Shown in pieces: positions 1 to 8,250 of a stretch of 32,000 bases of DNA. The stretch covers positions 810,001 through 842,000 of the forward strand of contig NC_003364.1 of assembly GCF_000007225.1 (NCBI RefSeq), read 5' to 3'. The position numbers and the translations under genes are program-made. The notes below the pieces were generated by a model, which saw nothing but the letters and a program-made list of their open reading frames with translations, did not search any database and was not told the DNA's origin. Every line of letters begins with the position of its first letter. Positions within the stretch are counted from its first letter, which is position 1. Source of the DNA: Pyrobaculum aerophilum str. IM2. Lineage in GTDB: Archaea > Thermoproteota > Thermoprotei > Thermoproteales > Thermoproteaceae.

Positions 1-570
1 CCTAACGGAAGCGGCAAGTCCACGGCGTTGAAATGCATAGCAGGCCTGTACACGTGCGGGGGGAAAGTGGAGCTAGACGGCAAGGCGGCTGGCGGCGACA
101 GTTTTCTATACGTCCCCCCAGCCCCTAGAATACCGCCAACTCTTACAGTGGAGGAATATCTTGCCCACGTCTCAGAGATTTTCGGCGTAGACGTCAAGCC
201 AGCGCTCGGCGTTGATAAGTTTTTAAAAAAGAGAGGTTCTGAGCTCTCCTCCGGAATGGCGGCTAGGGCGGTGCTAGCCGCGGCTCTCTCCACAGACAGA
301 ATTTTGCTATTAGACGAGCCCCTGTCGTATTTAGAATCCGACGTCAGAATTGAGTTAGTTAAAGCATTGAAAGGCCGGGCTTTTATAGCCGCGACTCACG
401 ACCCGGGGCCCTTCTTGCCGCTGAGGCCTTCCGTAGTGGCCATATCTGAGGGGAAGTCCGTGAGGGTTGGAAGCTGGGAGGAAGTGGCCGGTTGGTTAAT
501 TAGAGACTGCGGCGGTGATTTCTGCGTGGAGAAGGTAAAAGCGCCGAGCTTGGCTGGATATGGCCTATAG
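1..570 (+). CDS. ABC transporter ATP-binding protein (5' end lies outside the window)
   Basis: Frame 1 is open from base 1 and encodes the Walker A motif PNGSGKST at 1-24. ORF-track entry 28..570 is the same frame. Signature-like LSSGM, Walker B ILLLDEP and H-loop ATHD are present. It overlaps the next gene by 11 nt. Confidence 0.8.
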   Translation, partial: PNGSGKSTALKCIAGLYTCGGKVELDGKAAGGDSFLYVPPAPRIPPTLTVEEYLAHVSEIFGVDVKPALGVDKFLKKRGSELSSGMAARAVLAAALSTDRILLLDEPLSYLESDVRIELVKALKGRAFIAATHDPGPFLPLRPSVVAISEGKSVRVGSWEEVAGWLIRDCGGDFCVEKVKAPSLAGYGL

Positions 571-1306
571 GCTCAAACGCCTTACTTTTAAACGCGATGT
601 GTACAGCAAGCCTATTGCCTCTCTAATTGCAACGGGGTGGGCCGTCTCGGTATCCCTCGCCTCTCTGGGCTCCTCTTTCGCCGCAGTTATCAGTTCCATA
701 AATATGCTGGCCCTCGTGGCCTCCCTCATTGCAATGGTATTATCGGCTCACGCCGTCGCGGGGGACAGAGACGGCTTGCTCGAGGCCTATTTATCCGCCT
801 GGGGGAGGCTTAAATATATAACGGGGCGAATTGCCGCAAATTCCGCAGTATCTGCGCTGTTAGTAGCAATAATATCAACGCCGTATTTAGCGCTGAGGTG
901 GGAGTGGGCCCCGCCTCTTGGGGCGCTCCTCGCCTCACTGCCCTCTTCTCTCATCGGAACCGCCGTGGGCATCTCCTCAAAAGAGAGGGCCCCCCTCGTC
1001 GCCATTGTTGTGTGGTCCGCGGTCACTTTAATATACGACGTAGTGGTGGCGTTTTTATCGCTAATCCTCCCCCTAGGCGACGAGGCAATACTAGCCCTGC
1101 AAGTTGCCAATTTCTTCAAAGTGGCCACTCTCTTAGCCACTTCTCTAGTAGACCCCTATTTATTAACGCTAGGCCCCCTGGGAGAATTCGTCGTATCGCA
1201 CTGGGGCGTCCAGTGGGCGTACTCAGCGCTCTCCTCAATATACGCCTCGTGGACAATTGCTTTAATTCTCCTCGTCGTAGATCTGGGCAGAAAGGCCGAC
1301 TTATGA
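560..1306 (+). CDS. Polytopic membrane protein, probable ABC-2-type permease partner of the upstream ATPase
   Basis: 248 aa with 6-7 hydrophobic segments. The ATG overlaps the ATPase stop, suggesting translational coupling. No diagnostic motif was recognised, so the permease role is inferred from context. Confidence 0.5.
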   Translation: MAYRLKRLTFKRDVYSKPIASLIATGWAVSVSLASLGSSFAAVISSINMLALVASLIAMVLSAHAVAGDRDGLLEAYLSAWGRLKYITGRIAANSAVSALLVAIISTPYLALRWEWAPPLGALLASLPSSLIGTAVGISSKERAPLVAIVVWSAVTLIYDVVVAFLSLILPLGDEAILALQVANFFKVATLLATSLVDPYLLTLGPLGEFVVSHWGVQWAYSALSSIYASWTIALILLVVDLGRKADL

Positions 1307-1650
1307 GATCGCTGATATTTTTACTGCTCCCAATCGCGGTGCTTGTATTGTCCTTTGGCCACAGCCACGGCGGGCTTTCCCCCGGCCACATGTTGCTCCA
1401 CGCCCTTACTGTAATAATTGCGTCAGTGTTGCTATACTTCGCCGCGGCGGCTTATTACAGAGTAAAAACGCCGCGGTTTAAGTGGCTATTCTCAGGCTTT
1501 CTCCTACTACTAGCCAGAGAGCTCGTCCTCTCAATCTCCATGTATACATACACAGACATATATGTGCCGTATACTGACATCCCCCTCGACCACATGTTAG
1601 GCCTGGCGGCGCTTATCACCCTCGCTTATGCTATTTTTAAACAATTCTAG
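1303..1650 (+). CDS. Small His-rich membrane protein (115 aa)
   Basis: The internal ATG at 1303 of ORF 898..1650 forms an ATGA overlap with the stop of 560..1306. The product MRSLIFLLLPIAVLVL... has 3-4 TM segments and a His cluster, FGHSHGGLSPGHMLLH. The upstream 135 codons of the long ORF overlap the permease gene and look out of frame. Confidence 0.45.
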   Translation: MRSLIFLLLPIAVLVLSFGHSHGGLSPGHMLLHALTVIIASVLLYFAAAAYYRVKTPRFKWLFSGFLLLLARELVLSISMYTYTDIYVPYTDIPLDHMLGLAALITLAYAIFKQF

Positions 1651-1759
1651 AACGCCACGCCGGTAAGCGCTTATATCGGTTTGCGCAAAATCCCCCTTAG
1701 GGCTTCAGCTCTTCCCATCTTCGCCACGCGTCGGCCTGCAGCCGCTTCACATCACTAAA

Positions 1760-1770
1760 GGTTTTAAACT
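1760..1770 (+). promoter_or_regulatory. TATA-like box (GGTTTTAAACT) for the wHTH gene
   Basis: A/T box centred about 25 nt upstream of ATG 1790, which is the spacing expected for a leaderless archaeal transcript. Confidence 0.4.
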
Positions 1771-1789
1771 GCCAAGTTTTTCTACTTTT

Positions 1790-2236
1790 ATGGAGTTCAA
1801 GCCCGAGTATTACGCGGCGCTGGAGGTTTTGGCAAGGGGCGGGAGGACTGCGGAGGAGGTGGCGAGGGAGTTAGAAATAGAAGTCCACGAGGCTGAATCG
1901 CTGTTAAACACCCTCATGGCTTATGGCCTAGTGGAGACTAGGGAGAGGGGGCTGATTTTGCGCAAGACTGTATACGTCCTCACGGAAAGGGGGTGGGAGG
2001 CGTTGCACAAGTGGCGAGAGGAGGTGAAGAGCCGCTTGGAGAAAGCCGCTGAGCTTAGACAGAGCGGGAGGGCTGAGGAGGCCGATGCGATTCTGACGCC
2101 TATAGGGCCGGCGCTCCCCCTGCTGTTAGCAATGGGGCTCTTGGACTTGTCCCTCTACTCCGCCGCGCTTGGCCGGCCGCCGCCTCTTCCAGAGGATGAG
2201 GAGGTGGAAATCGACGTGGAAGAGGAGGAGCTGTAA
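1790..2236 (+). CDS. Winged-helix (MarR/TrmB-like) DNA-binding protein with a hydrophobic segment and acidic tail
   Basis: The N-terminal ~75 aa have a wHTH pattern (TAEEVARELEIEVHEAESLLNTLMAYGLVE...YVLTERG). A charged helix follows, then the hydrophobic stretch ILTPIGPALPLLLAMGLLDLSLYSAAL, then the acidic end EDEEVEIDVEEEEL. Confidence 0.5.
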   Translation: MEFKPEYYAALEVLARGGRTAEEVARELEIEVHEAESLLNTLMAYGLVETRERGLILRKTVYVLTERGWEALHKWREEVKSRLEKAAELRQSGRAEEADAILTPIGPALPLLLAMGLLDLSLYSAALGRPPPLPEDEEVEIDVEEEEL

Positions 2237-2239
2237 CCC

Positions 2240-3054
2240 TTGTCCTTAAGAAGCCCTTACCTAAGGGTTGTCGGCGCTGCGGCGTTGTGGTCAACGCTTG
2301 GAGTCGCCGCGAGCATCGGCGGGAATTACATCTGGCTGGCATTTTTGAGGTCCCTCACCGCGGCGGCAATTGGGGCTCTTTACATGAGGAGGTTTTCCAG
2401 CCGAGGCTTAATTCCCGGCTTATTGCTCGGAGGTCTTTTCGTCGCCTACCCCGTGGCCGCTCTATACGCCGGGGTTGGCCCCGCCGCCTATCTTCTATAC
2501 ACGGCGCCTCTGTGGACAACCGCCGCCCTAGCCGCTAGGGGGGAGAGGCCAAGCGCCAAGGAGACAGTCGGCGTGTCGCTGGTTTTAGCCGCAGTTTTTT
2601 TAATGCTATACGCCTCTGCCCGCGGGGAGCTTTCGCCTATTGGCCTTCTGGCGGGTTTGGCGTCTAGCGCCTTTTATGGGCTTTACATAGCAGTGGCTCG
2701 GCTTAGGGCGAAAGAGGGCGGCGGGGCGGATGTATCCTACGGGGCTATGCCGTATACTCTTTTAGTGACAGCTCCCCTTTTGTTAATACACGTGGCTGTG
2801 AATAAATCCCCCTCCCCCTCCACACGGCTCTTGCTGGTCTTTACATGGGGGTTTTCGGCACTGTAATACCCTACCGCCTCTTCTCCTCCGCTGTAACTAA
2901 AATAGAGGGGGCGAGGGCCTCTGTAATAGCCTCTGTAGAGCCCGTGCTGGCAGCCCTCTGGGGGTTTCTGTTTTTTAAAGAGATCCCGGGGCTTTTGACG
3001 TTGACGGCCTATGCGCTGATTTCAACAGCCGCCGTAGTCGTGGCGAGGAAATAA
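2240..3054 (+). pseudogene. EamA/DMT-family transporter gene interrupted by a frameshift (or sequencing error or recoding)
   Basis: ORFs 2240..2866 (frame 2) and 2845..3054 (frame 1) together give one EamA-like 10-TM protein of about 270 aa. Frame 1 is open from 2806 and reads ALAGLYMGVFGTVIPYRLFSSAV..ASVEPVLAALWGFLFFKE, a normal EamA second repeat. The frame switch lies in or just after the C-run CCCCCTCCCCCTCC at 2808-2821. Confidence 0.6.
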
Positions 3055-3079
3055 TTTAAATGGCCGCGTTGTAGGCGCT

Positions 3080-3883
3080 ATGTTAAAAATTGCCCATTCT
3101 CCCGACGCCGACGACGCCTATATGTTTTACGGCATTGCCGTAGGCGCCGTGAAGTTGCCCGCGCCTTTTGTTGAGTTTTTAAGCGATATTGAAACTCTTA
3201 ACAGACTGGCGCTGGAGGAGCTTCTCGACGTCACTGCTATAAGCGCCCACGCCCTCGCTTATATTTGCGACAAGTATTTCGTAATGTCCGTGGGGGCCTC
3301 AATGGGCGACGGCTACGGCCCCGTCGTCGTGGCGAGGAGTGAGGTAGCGGAGCCTAAATACGTGGCTGTCCCAGGGCGTTTCACCACTGCGGCTTTGTTG
3401 ACGAAACTCGCCCTCCCAAGGGCGCGGGCAGTGGAATTGCCTTTTGACAAAATTCTCGACGCCGTGGCGGCTGGCATAGTAGACGCAGGTGTTTTAATAC
3501 ACGAGGGGCAGATCACATATGAGCGCTACGGCTTGAAAAAAGTTTTAGACCTCGGCGAGTGGTGGCGGCAGGAGACCGGACTCCCCACGCCTCTCGGCCT
3601 CGACGTGGTTAGAAAAGCCCTGGACCGGGAGATGGCCGAGAGGATAACTGAGGCGTTGAGGGAGTCAATTCAATACGCAGATTCGCACAGAGAAGAGGCG
3701 TTGAGATACGCACAGAAATTCGCCAGGGGGCTCTCCCTAGAGGAAACCGCGCGTTTTGTGAACATGTACGTAAACAAATACACGCGAGATATGGGAGAGG
3801 TGGGGAGGAGGGCGGTTAGAGAGCTGTTAGAAAGGGCGCGTGAGGCTGCGGGCGCTCCCGACTGCTTCCCCGAATTTGTATAG
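3080..3883 (+). CDS. MqnA/MqnD/SBP-fold family protein (DUF191), possible futalosine-pathway menaquinone biosynthesis enzyme
   Basis: 267 aa. The N-terminal IAHSPDADDAYMFYGI resembles the (G)HSPCPNDTF(L/I)FY motif of the MqnD family, and the size fits. The assignment is by motif memory only. Confidence 0.5.
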   Translation: MLKIAHSPDADDAYMFYGIAVGAVKLPAPFVEFLSDIETLNRLALEELLDVTAISAHALAYICDKYFVMSVGASMGDGYGPVVVARSEVAEPKYVAVPGRFTTAALLTKLALPRARAVELPFDKILDAVAAGIVDAGVLIHEGQITYERYGLKKVLDLGEWWRQETGLPTPLGLDVVRKALDREMAERITEALRESIQYADSHREEALRYAQKFARGLSLEETARFVNMYVNKYTRDMGEVGRRAVRELLERAREAAGAPDCFPEFV

Positions 3884-4045
3884 CTAATTTCAATGTATTC
3901 ACATTCTCTCATGGAGGGAAGATTGCACCAACTATAGATACACACACTTCACTCTCTTAAGGAGATATATTGCATACGCCTTTTTTACCACGGAGTTTAA
4001 AAAGGCCTAAGGCGACGTGGGAGTCGCAATGAATAAATGGCTTAC

Positions 4046-4056
4046 TTTTTAAATAT
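4046..4056 (+). promoter_or_regulatory. TATA-like box (TTTTTAAATAT) for tmcA
   Basis: Centred about 21 nt upstream of GTG 4072. The same TTTAAATATCG core recurs upstream of the aldo-keto reductase gene at 12552-12562. Confidence 0.4.
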
Positions 4057-4071
4057 CGTTCGTTTTATACC

Positions 4072-6438
4072 GTGATTTTTGATATTGTAAAAAGAGATGT
4101 GGAGAAGGCGAGGAGTGCGAGACACCGCCGTCTGATAGTACTAGTGGGCAGAGACGATAGGCGGTTGGCGGAGGCCGCGGGCGAGGCGCTGAGGGGGTAT
4201 GAGGCGGCGGGGGGCAGGGGGACAGGCCTTTATATGTTTCAGCCTGAGTTCGCCGACGCTAATAAACGCATGAACTACCTCAGAGACTTAATAGAGGGGT
4301 CTAGCTTAGAGGTGGAGTTCAGGCCTTATAAAGACACGCCGAGGATTCTGGGCACTACATACGACTTCGCCGTGCTCGACTTAGTGAACGACTTAAAGCC
4401 AAATGACGTGGGGAGGCTGGGCGGCGTGGTGAGGGGGGGAGGCATATACGTCTTTTTAGTGCCGCCGTTAGACGTGTGGAAGAAATACATCACGAAATTC
4501 CAAGCCACACTGCTAGTTCCCCAGTTCACGCCTAATGACATTAAGCATAGACTGAAGGATAGGTTTTGGCAGAGCCTCTATAGCCACAAGGGCGTTATTA
4601 TATACGACGTTGACCGCGACGTATTATTAAAGTCCTTTGGGATCGAGGACGTCCAGCCGCATGAGCCTAAAAAGCCGGAGCCTCCCGAAAAGGCAGTTCT
4701 GCCCTTGAAGATCTACAGACTAGCGGCCACTCAAGATCAAGTCGAAGTGTTAAAGCTCTTTGAGGTCTTTTACCACAAGCCCAAGAAGAAGCAAGCCCTT
4801 GTGATTATAGCGGATAGGGGCAGGGGGAAAAGCGCCGCTCTAGGCCTCGGCCTGGCCGGCATAGGGCATAAGTTGAGGAAGGCAAAGGCCAGGGTTCAGA
4901 TAGTCGTCAGCGCAATGGAGTACTCCAATTTAGAGACGCTGCTGGAATTCGCCCTGAAGGGCCTTGAGGCGCTGGGCTACAAGCCGGGGGTTGAGAGGGA
5001 GGGGGGCGAAATAAGGGCGATTAAGGCCAGCGGGATATTTATCGACGTAGTTACTCCCTACATGTTGCTCAAACGGGAAAACGCAGATATCGTGGCAATC
5101 GACGAAGCCGCCGGCGTGCCCCTCCCGGTTTTATACGCCGTGCATAAGAAATTCAACCGACTCGTATTTGCCACGACAATTCACGGATACGAGGGGGCTG
5201 GGCGTGGCTTTTCCATCCGCTTCTTAAAATACCTTAAAGAGGCCAGGGATACAGACGTCTATCTCTACGAGATGGAGGAGCCCATTAGGTACGGCCGCGG
5301 CGATCCCGTTGAGGAGTGGCTTTTCGACGCCTTCCTCCTAAACGCAGAGCCTGCGAAAATAGAGGCTGAGGACTTAGAGTATGTAAAGAGGCAAGAAGTG
5401 CTCTACCTCAAAGAGGAGGATATTTTAAAAAGCGAGGAGGTGTTTAGGCAGTTTTTTGGAATTTACGTACAGGCGCATTATAGAAACGAGCCGGACGATC
5501 TCGGCATGTTGCTAGACGCGCCTCACCACACCGCCCGGGCCTTAGCCCTTCCCAACGGGAAAATAGTAGTCTCAGTGGAGCTGGCCTATGAGGGGGGGTT
5601 GGACGACTTGTCTATAGACCAAGCACTCAGAGGGCTTAAACTCCCCGGAAATATTATCCCAGATAGATTTCTCAAATACTGGCGCCTCCCGGAGTTCGCC
5701 AAGTTGAGAGGCTGGCGAATAGTGCGCATAGCCACACACCCCGAGCTACAAGACATGGGACTGGGGACTTTAATGCTGAAAAAAATCGAAGAGGAGGCCA
5801 GGGAGCTCGGCATGGATTACGTCGGCGTGGGATTCGGCGTATATGACAGGCTTTTAAAATTCTGGGTGCGCAACGGCTACGTGCCTATTCACCTATCGCC
5901 TGAGCGGAACCCCTCCTCTGGGGAGTACAGCGTCTTATTAGTCAAGCCGCTGAACGAAAAGGCCGAGGCGTATGTCAAATACGCCAATATTGAATTCCGC
6001 CGCCGCTTGATCCACTCGCTCATGGGCCCCTACGGCGATTTGCTCCCAACAGAGGTGCAATTACTGTTAGAGGACTGGGGATGGGACATCGACTCGCCCC
6101 CCGCGCTGTCTAAAAACCAGCTTGACAGGCTGATAGCCTACGCCTACGGCCCCATGACTTATGAAAACGTAACAGATGCAGTGTATATGTTGGCGACTCA
6201 GTATTTCTACAGCTCTAAGGGGAGGAGGCCCGCGCTACCCGACGTCGCCATTCGCATATTAATTAGCAAAGTGTTACAGGCAAAGCCGTGGAAAGAGGCC
6301 GCCGAGGCCGCCGGGGTGAGGAGGGGGGATCTCATGTTAATACTCAGAGAAGTGGTCAAGGTTCTGCTGTTTTACTACTACGGCGGGGAGTTCGAAGTGC
6401 CGCTTTTCGTCGTAGGCACTGTTAAAGGCAGGGATTGA
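4072..6438 (+). CDS. tmcA: tRNA(Met) cytidine acetyltransferase TmcA (Nat10/Kre33 homologue, ac4C writer)
   Basis: 788 aa with a GTG start. Helicase-type Walker A ADRGRGKSAALG, IDEAAGVPLPVL, TTIHGYEGAGRGFSIRF, HYRNEPDDLGMLLDAP, and a GNAT motif RIVRIATHPELQDMGLG. This is the full TmcA domain order. Confidence 0.9.
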   Translation: MIFDIVKRDVEKARSARHRRLIVLVGRDDRRLAEAAGEALRGYEAAGGRGTGLYMFQPEFADANKRMNYLRDLIEGSSLEVEFRPYKDTPRILGTTYDFAVLDLVNDLKPNDVGRLGGVVRGGGIYVFLVPPLDVWKKYITKFQATLLVPQFTPNDIKHRLKDRFWQSLYSHKGVIIYDVDRDVLLKSFGIEDVQPHEPKKPEPPEKAVLPLKIYRLAATQDQVEVLKLFEVFYHKPKKKQALVIIADRGRGKSAALGLGLAGIGHKLRKAKARVQIVVSAMEYSNLETLLEFALKGLEALGYKPGVEREGGEIRAIKASGIFIDVVTPYMLLKRENADIVAIDEAAGVPLPVLYAVHKKFNRLVFATTIHGYEGAGRGFSIRFLKYLKEARDTDVYLYEMEEPIRYGRGDPVEEWLFDAFLLNAEPAKIEAEDLEYVKRQEVLYLKEEDILKSEEVFRQFFGIYVQAHYRNEPDDLGMLLDAPHHTARALALPNGKIVVSVELAYEGGLDDLSIDQALRGLKLPGNIIPDRFLKYWRLPEFAKLRGWRIVRIATHPELQDMGLGTLMLKKIEEEARELGMDYVGVGFGVYDRLLKFWVRNGYVPIHLSPERNPSSGEYSVLLVKPLNEKAEAYVKYANIEFRRRLIHSLMGPYGDLLPTEVQLLLEDWGWDIDSPPALSKNQLDRLIAYAYGPMTYENVTDAVYMLATQYFYSSKGRRPALPDVAIRILISKVLQAKPWKEAAEAAGVRRGDLMLILREVVKVLLFYYYGGEFEVPLFVVGTVKGRD

Positions 6439-7262
6439 ATAGAGGACACAGCCAACACAATGGCGAGAAATATAACAACGGCGCCTAGCATTTGTCTATA
6501 AGTCAGCCTTTCCAAGCCGCTTATTTTTGCAAATAACTGCGTAATTAAAGGCGCAATTGAGACGAGGATTGTGGAAAGGGCCAGCCCAACTCTCTCCACT
6601 GAATAGGCGAATAGTGCCGAGCCCGCGCCTAGATCTAACAATGAGGCTATTGCAAAGACGGGGGATTTCACAACTTTAAGCCTGCCCTTTGCCCACAAGT
6701 ATAAGCCTAGGAGCAGTCCGGCTGATAAGGCCCTGATATAAGCGATAATAATGGGCGATACTCCTTGAAGCGCCGCTAGTTTTATTGCGGTCATGCCCAG
6801 CGACCACATCAACGCCGCAAGCAAGGCGGCTCCGACTCCAGCCGCACTTAACTTAGCCTCGCCGCCTCTCGTGAGCAGAGAGACTCCCAAAACTATTAGT
6901 AGGGAGGAGACAATTAAGAGCGGCGTCACCTGTTCCCCCAGCAATAAGGCGAAGTACTGGGCGATGATTATATAAGTGTATGTAAGGGGCGCCGCAATAG
7001 ACCCTCCCACTTTATGAATTGCGTAAAAATAGAGGTTGTCCCCCACGAGCAGAGTAATAATTCCACTAAACGCCGCCGCCCAGAGCCCTTGACTTGGCGT
7101 AATGAGTATCAGAACGGGTGACATCAGAGTGGAGACGTAAAACAGGCGGGAGAAGTTCACGACCAACGCGCCGTGCGATTCCATATATTTCTTGTAGAGG
7201 AAAATAACCAGGGCCCAAATCGTGGATGCGATAATTGCCGAGAAGAGGCCTGGTAAGACCAT
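6378..7262 (-). CDS. EamA/DMT-family transporter
   Basis: 294 aa with 10 hydrophobic segments in two repeats. The start ATG directly abuts the aIF2-beta stop (TAAATG). The 3' end overlaps the convergent tmcA gene by 61 nt. Confidence 0.8.
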   Translation of the reverse strand: MVLPGLFSAIIASTIWALVIFLYKKYMESHGALVVNFSRLFYVSTLMSPVLILITPSQGLWAAAFSGIITLLVGDNLYFYAIHKVGGSIAAPLTYTYIIIAQYFALLLGEQVTPLLIVSSLLIVLGVSLLTRGGEAKLSAAGVGAALLAALMWSLGMTAIKLAALQGVSPIIIAYIRALSAGLLLGLYLWAKGRLKVVKSPVFAIASLLDLGAGSALFAYSVERVGLALSTILVSIAPLITQLFAKISGLERLTYRQMLGAVVIFLAIVLAVSSIQSLPLTVPTTKSGTSNSPP

Positions 7263-7667
7263 TTAAAGAGGCCTTACGGGAGTGGAGGCTCCGCAGGCCA
7301 AACACCTCATGATAAATATTCTGCCCTCCTTCCTCAACTCCGTGTCTATCGAGTTGCAGACGGGGCACACCACATAGTACCTTATAAATCTGTCGTAGAC
7401 TGCCTCAACGACCTTAGGGGACTTCTCTCCGTGTAGCGTAAACACATCCCCCTCCAATGTGCCGGGTACTGCCAGCTCCTTTTGGAAGAACTTGGCCATG
7501 AAGTAGACGTCTCTATTCAGCCTTTTAGCTATTTGGCCGAAATTGGGTATAATCGTCTTACGGGGCATGTTCTCTACCTCAATTTTCGGTATTTCCGCCC
7601 TCCTCTGCGCCTTGGGAGCGACGAGCTTATAAGCCCTTTCAAGAAGGGCGGCGTACTCGCTGTCCAT
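7263..7667 (-). CDS. eif2b: Translation initiation factor aIF2 beta subunit
   Basis: 134 aa. N-terminal YAALLERAY, the central eIF2-beta/eIF5 fold pattern, and a C-terminal zinc ribbon CPVCNSIDT...CLACGA. A TATA-like ATTTATAAAGG on the minus strand sits about 25 nt upstream. Confidence 0.9.
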   Translation of the reverse strand: MDSEYAALLERAYKLVAPKAQRRAEIPKIEVENMPRKTIIPNFGQIAKRLNRDVYFMAKFFQKELAVPGTLEGDVFTLHGEKSPKVVEAVYDRFIRYYVVCPVCNSIDTELRKEGRIFIMRCLACGASTPVRPL

Positions 7668-7700
7668 GTGCTGAAAAAAGACGACCTTTATAAATGTGAA

Positions 7701-8249
7701 CTAAGCCGGCCTAAACCAGTAGGTGATGTAGTTTTCCCCAGGCCTTCTGTCCACGACGAGCCTCATTTTCATGCCTGGTTTTAGAGTCTTAGGATCCGCC
7801 TCTATCCACGCCGTTATATTAAATCCGTCTGGCATTTTGACAATGCCCACGATATAGTCTGAGTGGTGGGAAAAGCTGGCGGGCTTGACGTTAATCACAG
7901 TCCACGTAATTAACTCGCCCACTGGACTGACCTCACGCCACTCCATGTCAGACGTCTTACATTTCGGACAGTCTGCTTGCGGCGGGAAGTACTTACTCCC
8001 ACACCTCTTACACACAGTATACATCAACTTCCCCTCTCTTAGCCCATCTATGAATTTCGCAATTTTATTTACAGAGAGCGTAAACCTCAGCCTCATCTCG
8101 CGGACGTCTACCCACAACAACGCGCCGCTCTTAGGGTCTTTATACACAGGCAGCCCAGTAGCTGTGATTAACGCCTCCAGCTGTTTTAAAGACTCTCCGT
8201 ACAGTTTTTCAAGCCCCTTATTTATCAAATTTACTACGTTGTCCGACAT
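7701..8249 (-). CDS. DUF35 OB-fold/zinc-ribbon protein (thiolase-associated scaffold)
   Basis: 182 aa. Rubredoxin-like CKRCGSKYFPPQADCPKCK followed by an OB-fold segment (GELITWTVI...GIVKMPDG). The start lies 1 nt after the thiolase stop. Confidence 0.8.
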   Translation of the reverse strand: MSDNVVNLINKGLEKLYGESLKQLEALITATGLPVYKDPKSGALLWVDVREMRLRFTLSVNKIAKFIDGLREGKLMYTVCKRCGSKYFPPQADCPKCKTSDMEWREVSPVGELITWTVINVKPASFSHHSDYIVGIVKMPDGFNITAWIEADPKTLKPGMKMRLVVDRRPGENYITYWFRPA

Positions 8250-8250
8250 A

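Noticed and set aside
898-1302. The 5' two-thirds of the 250-aa ORF 898..1650, which would make a long protein overlapping the permease gene.
   Set aside because: This part is Arg/Pro/Gly-rich (typical out-of-frame translation of GC-rich coding DNA) and lies entirely inside the better membrane-protein ORF 560..1306. Only the segment from ATG 1303, with its ATGA coupling, looks like a real gene.
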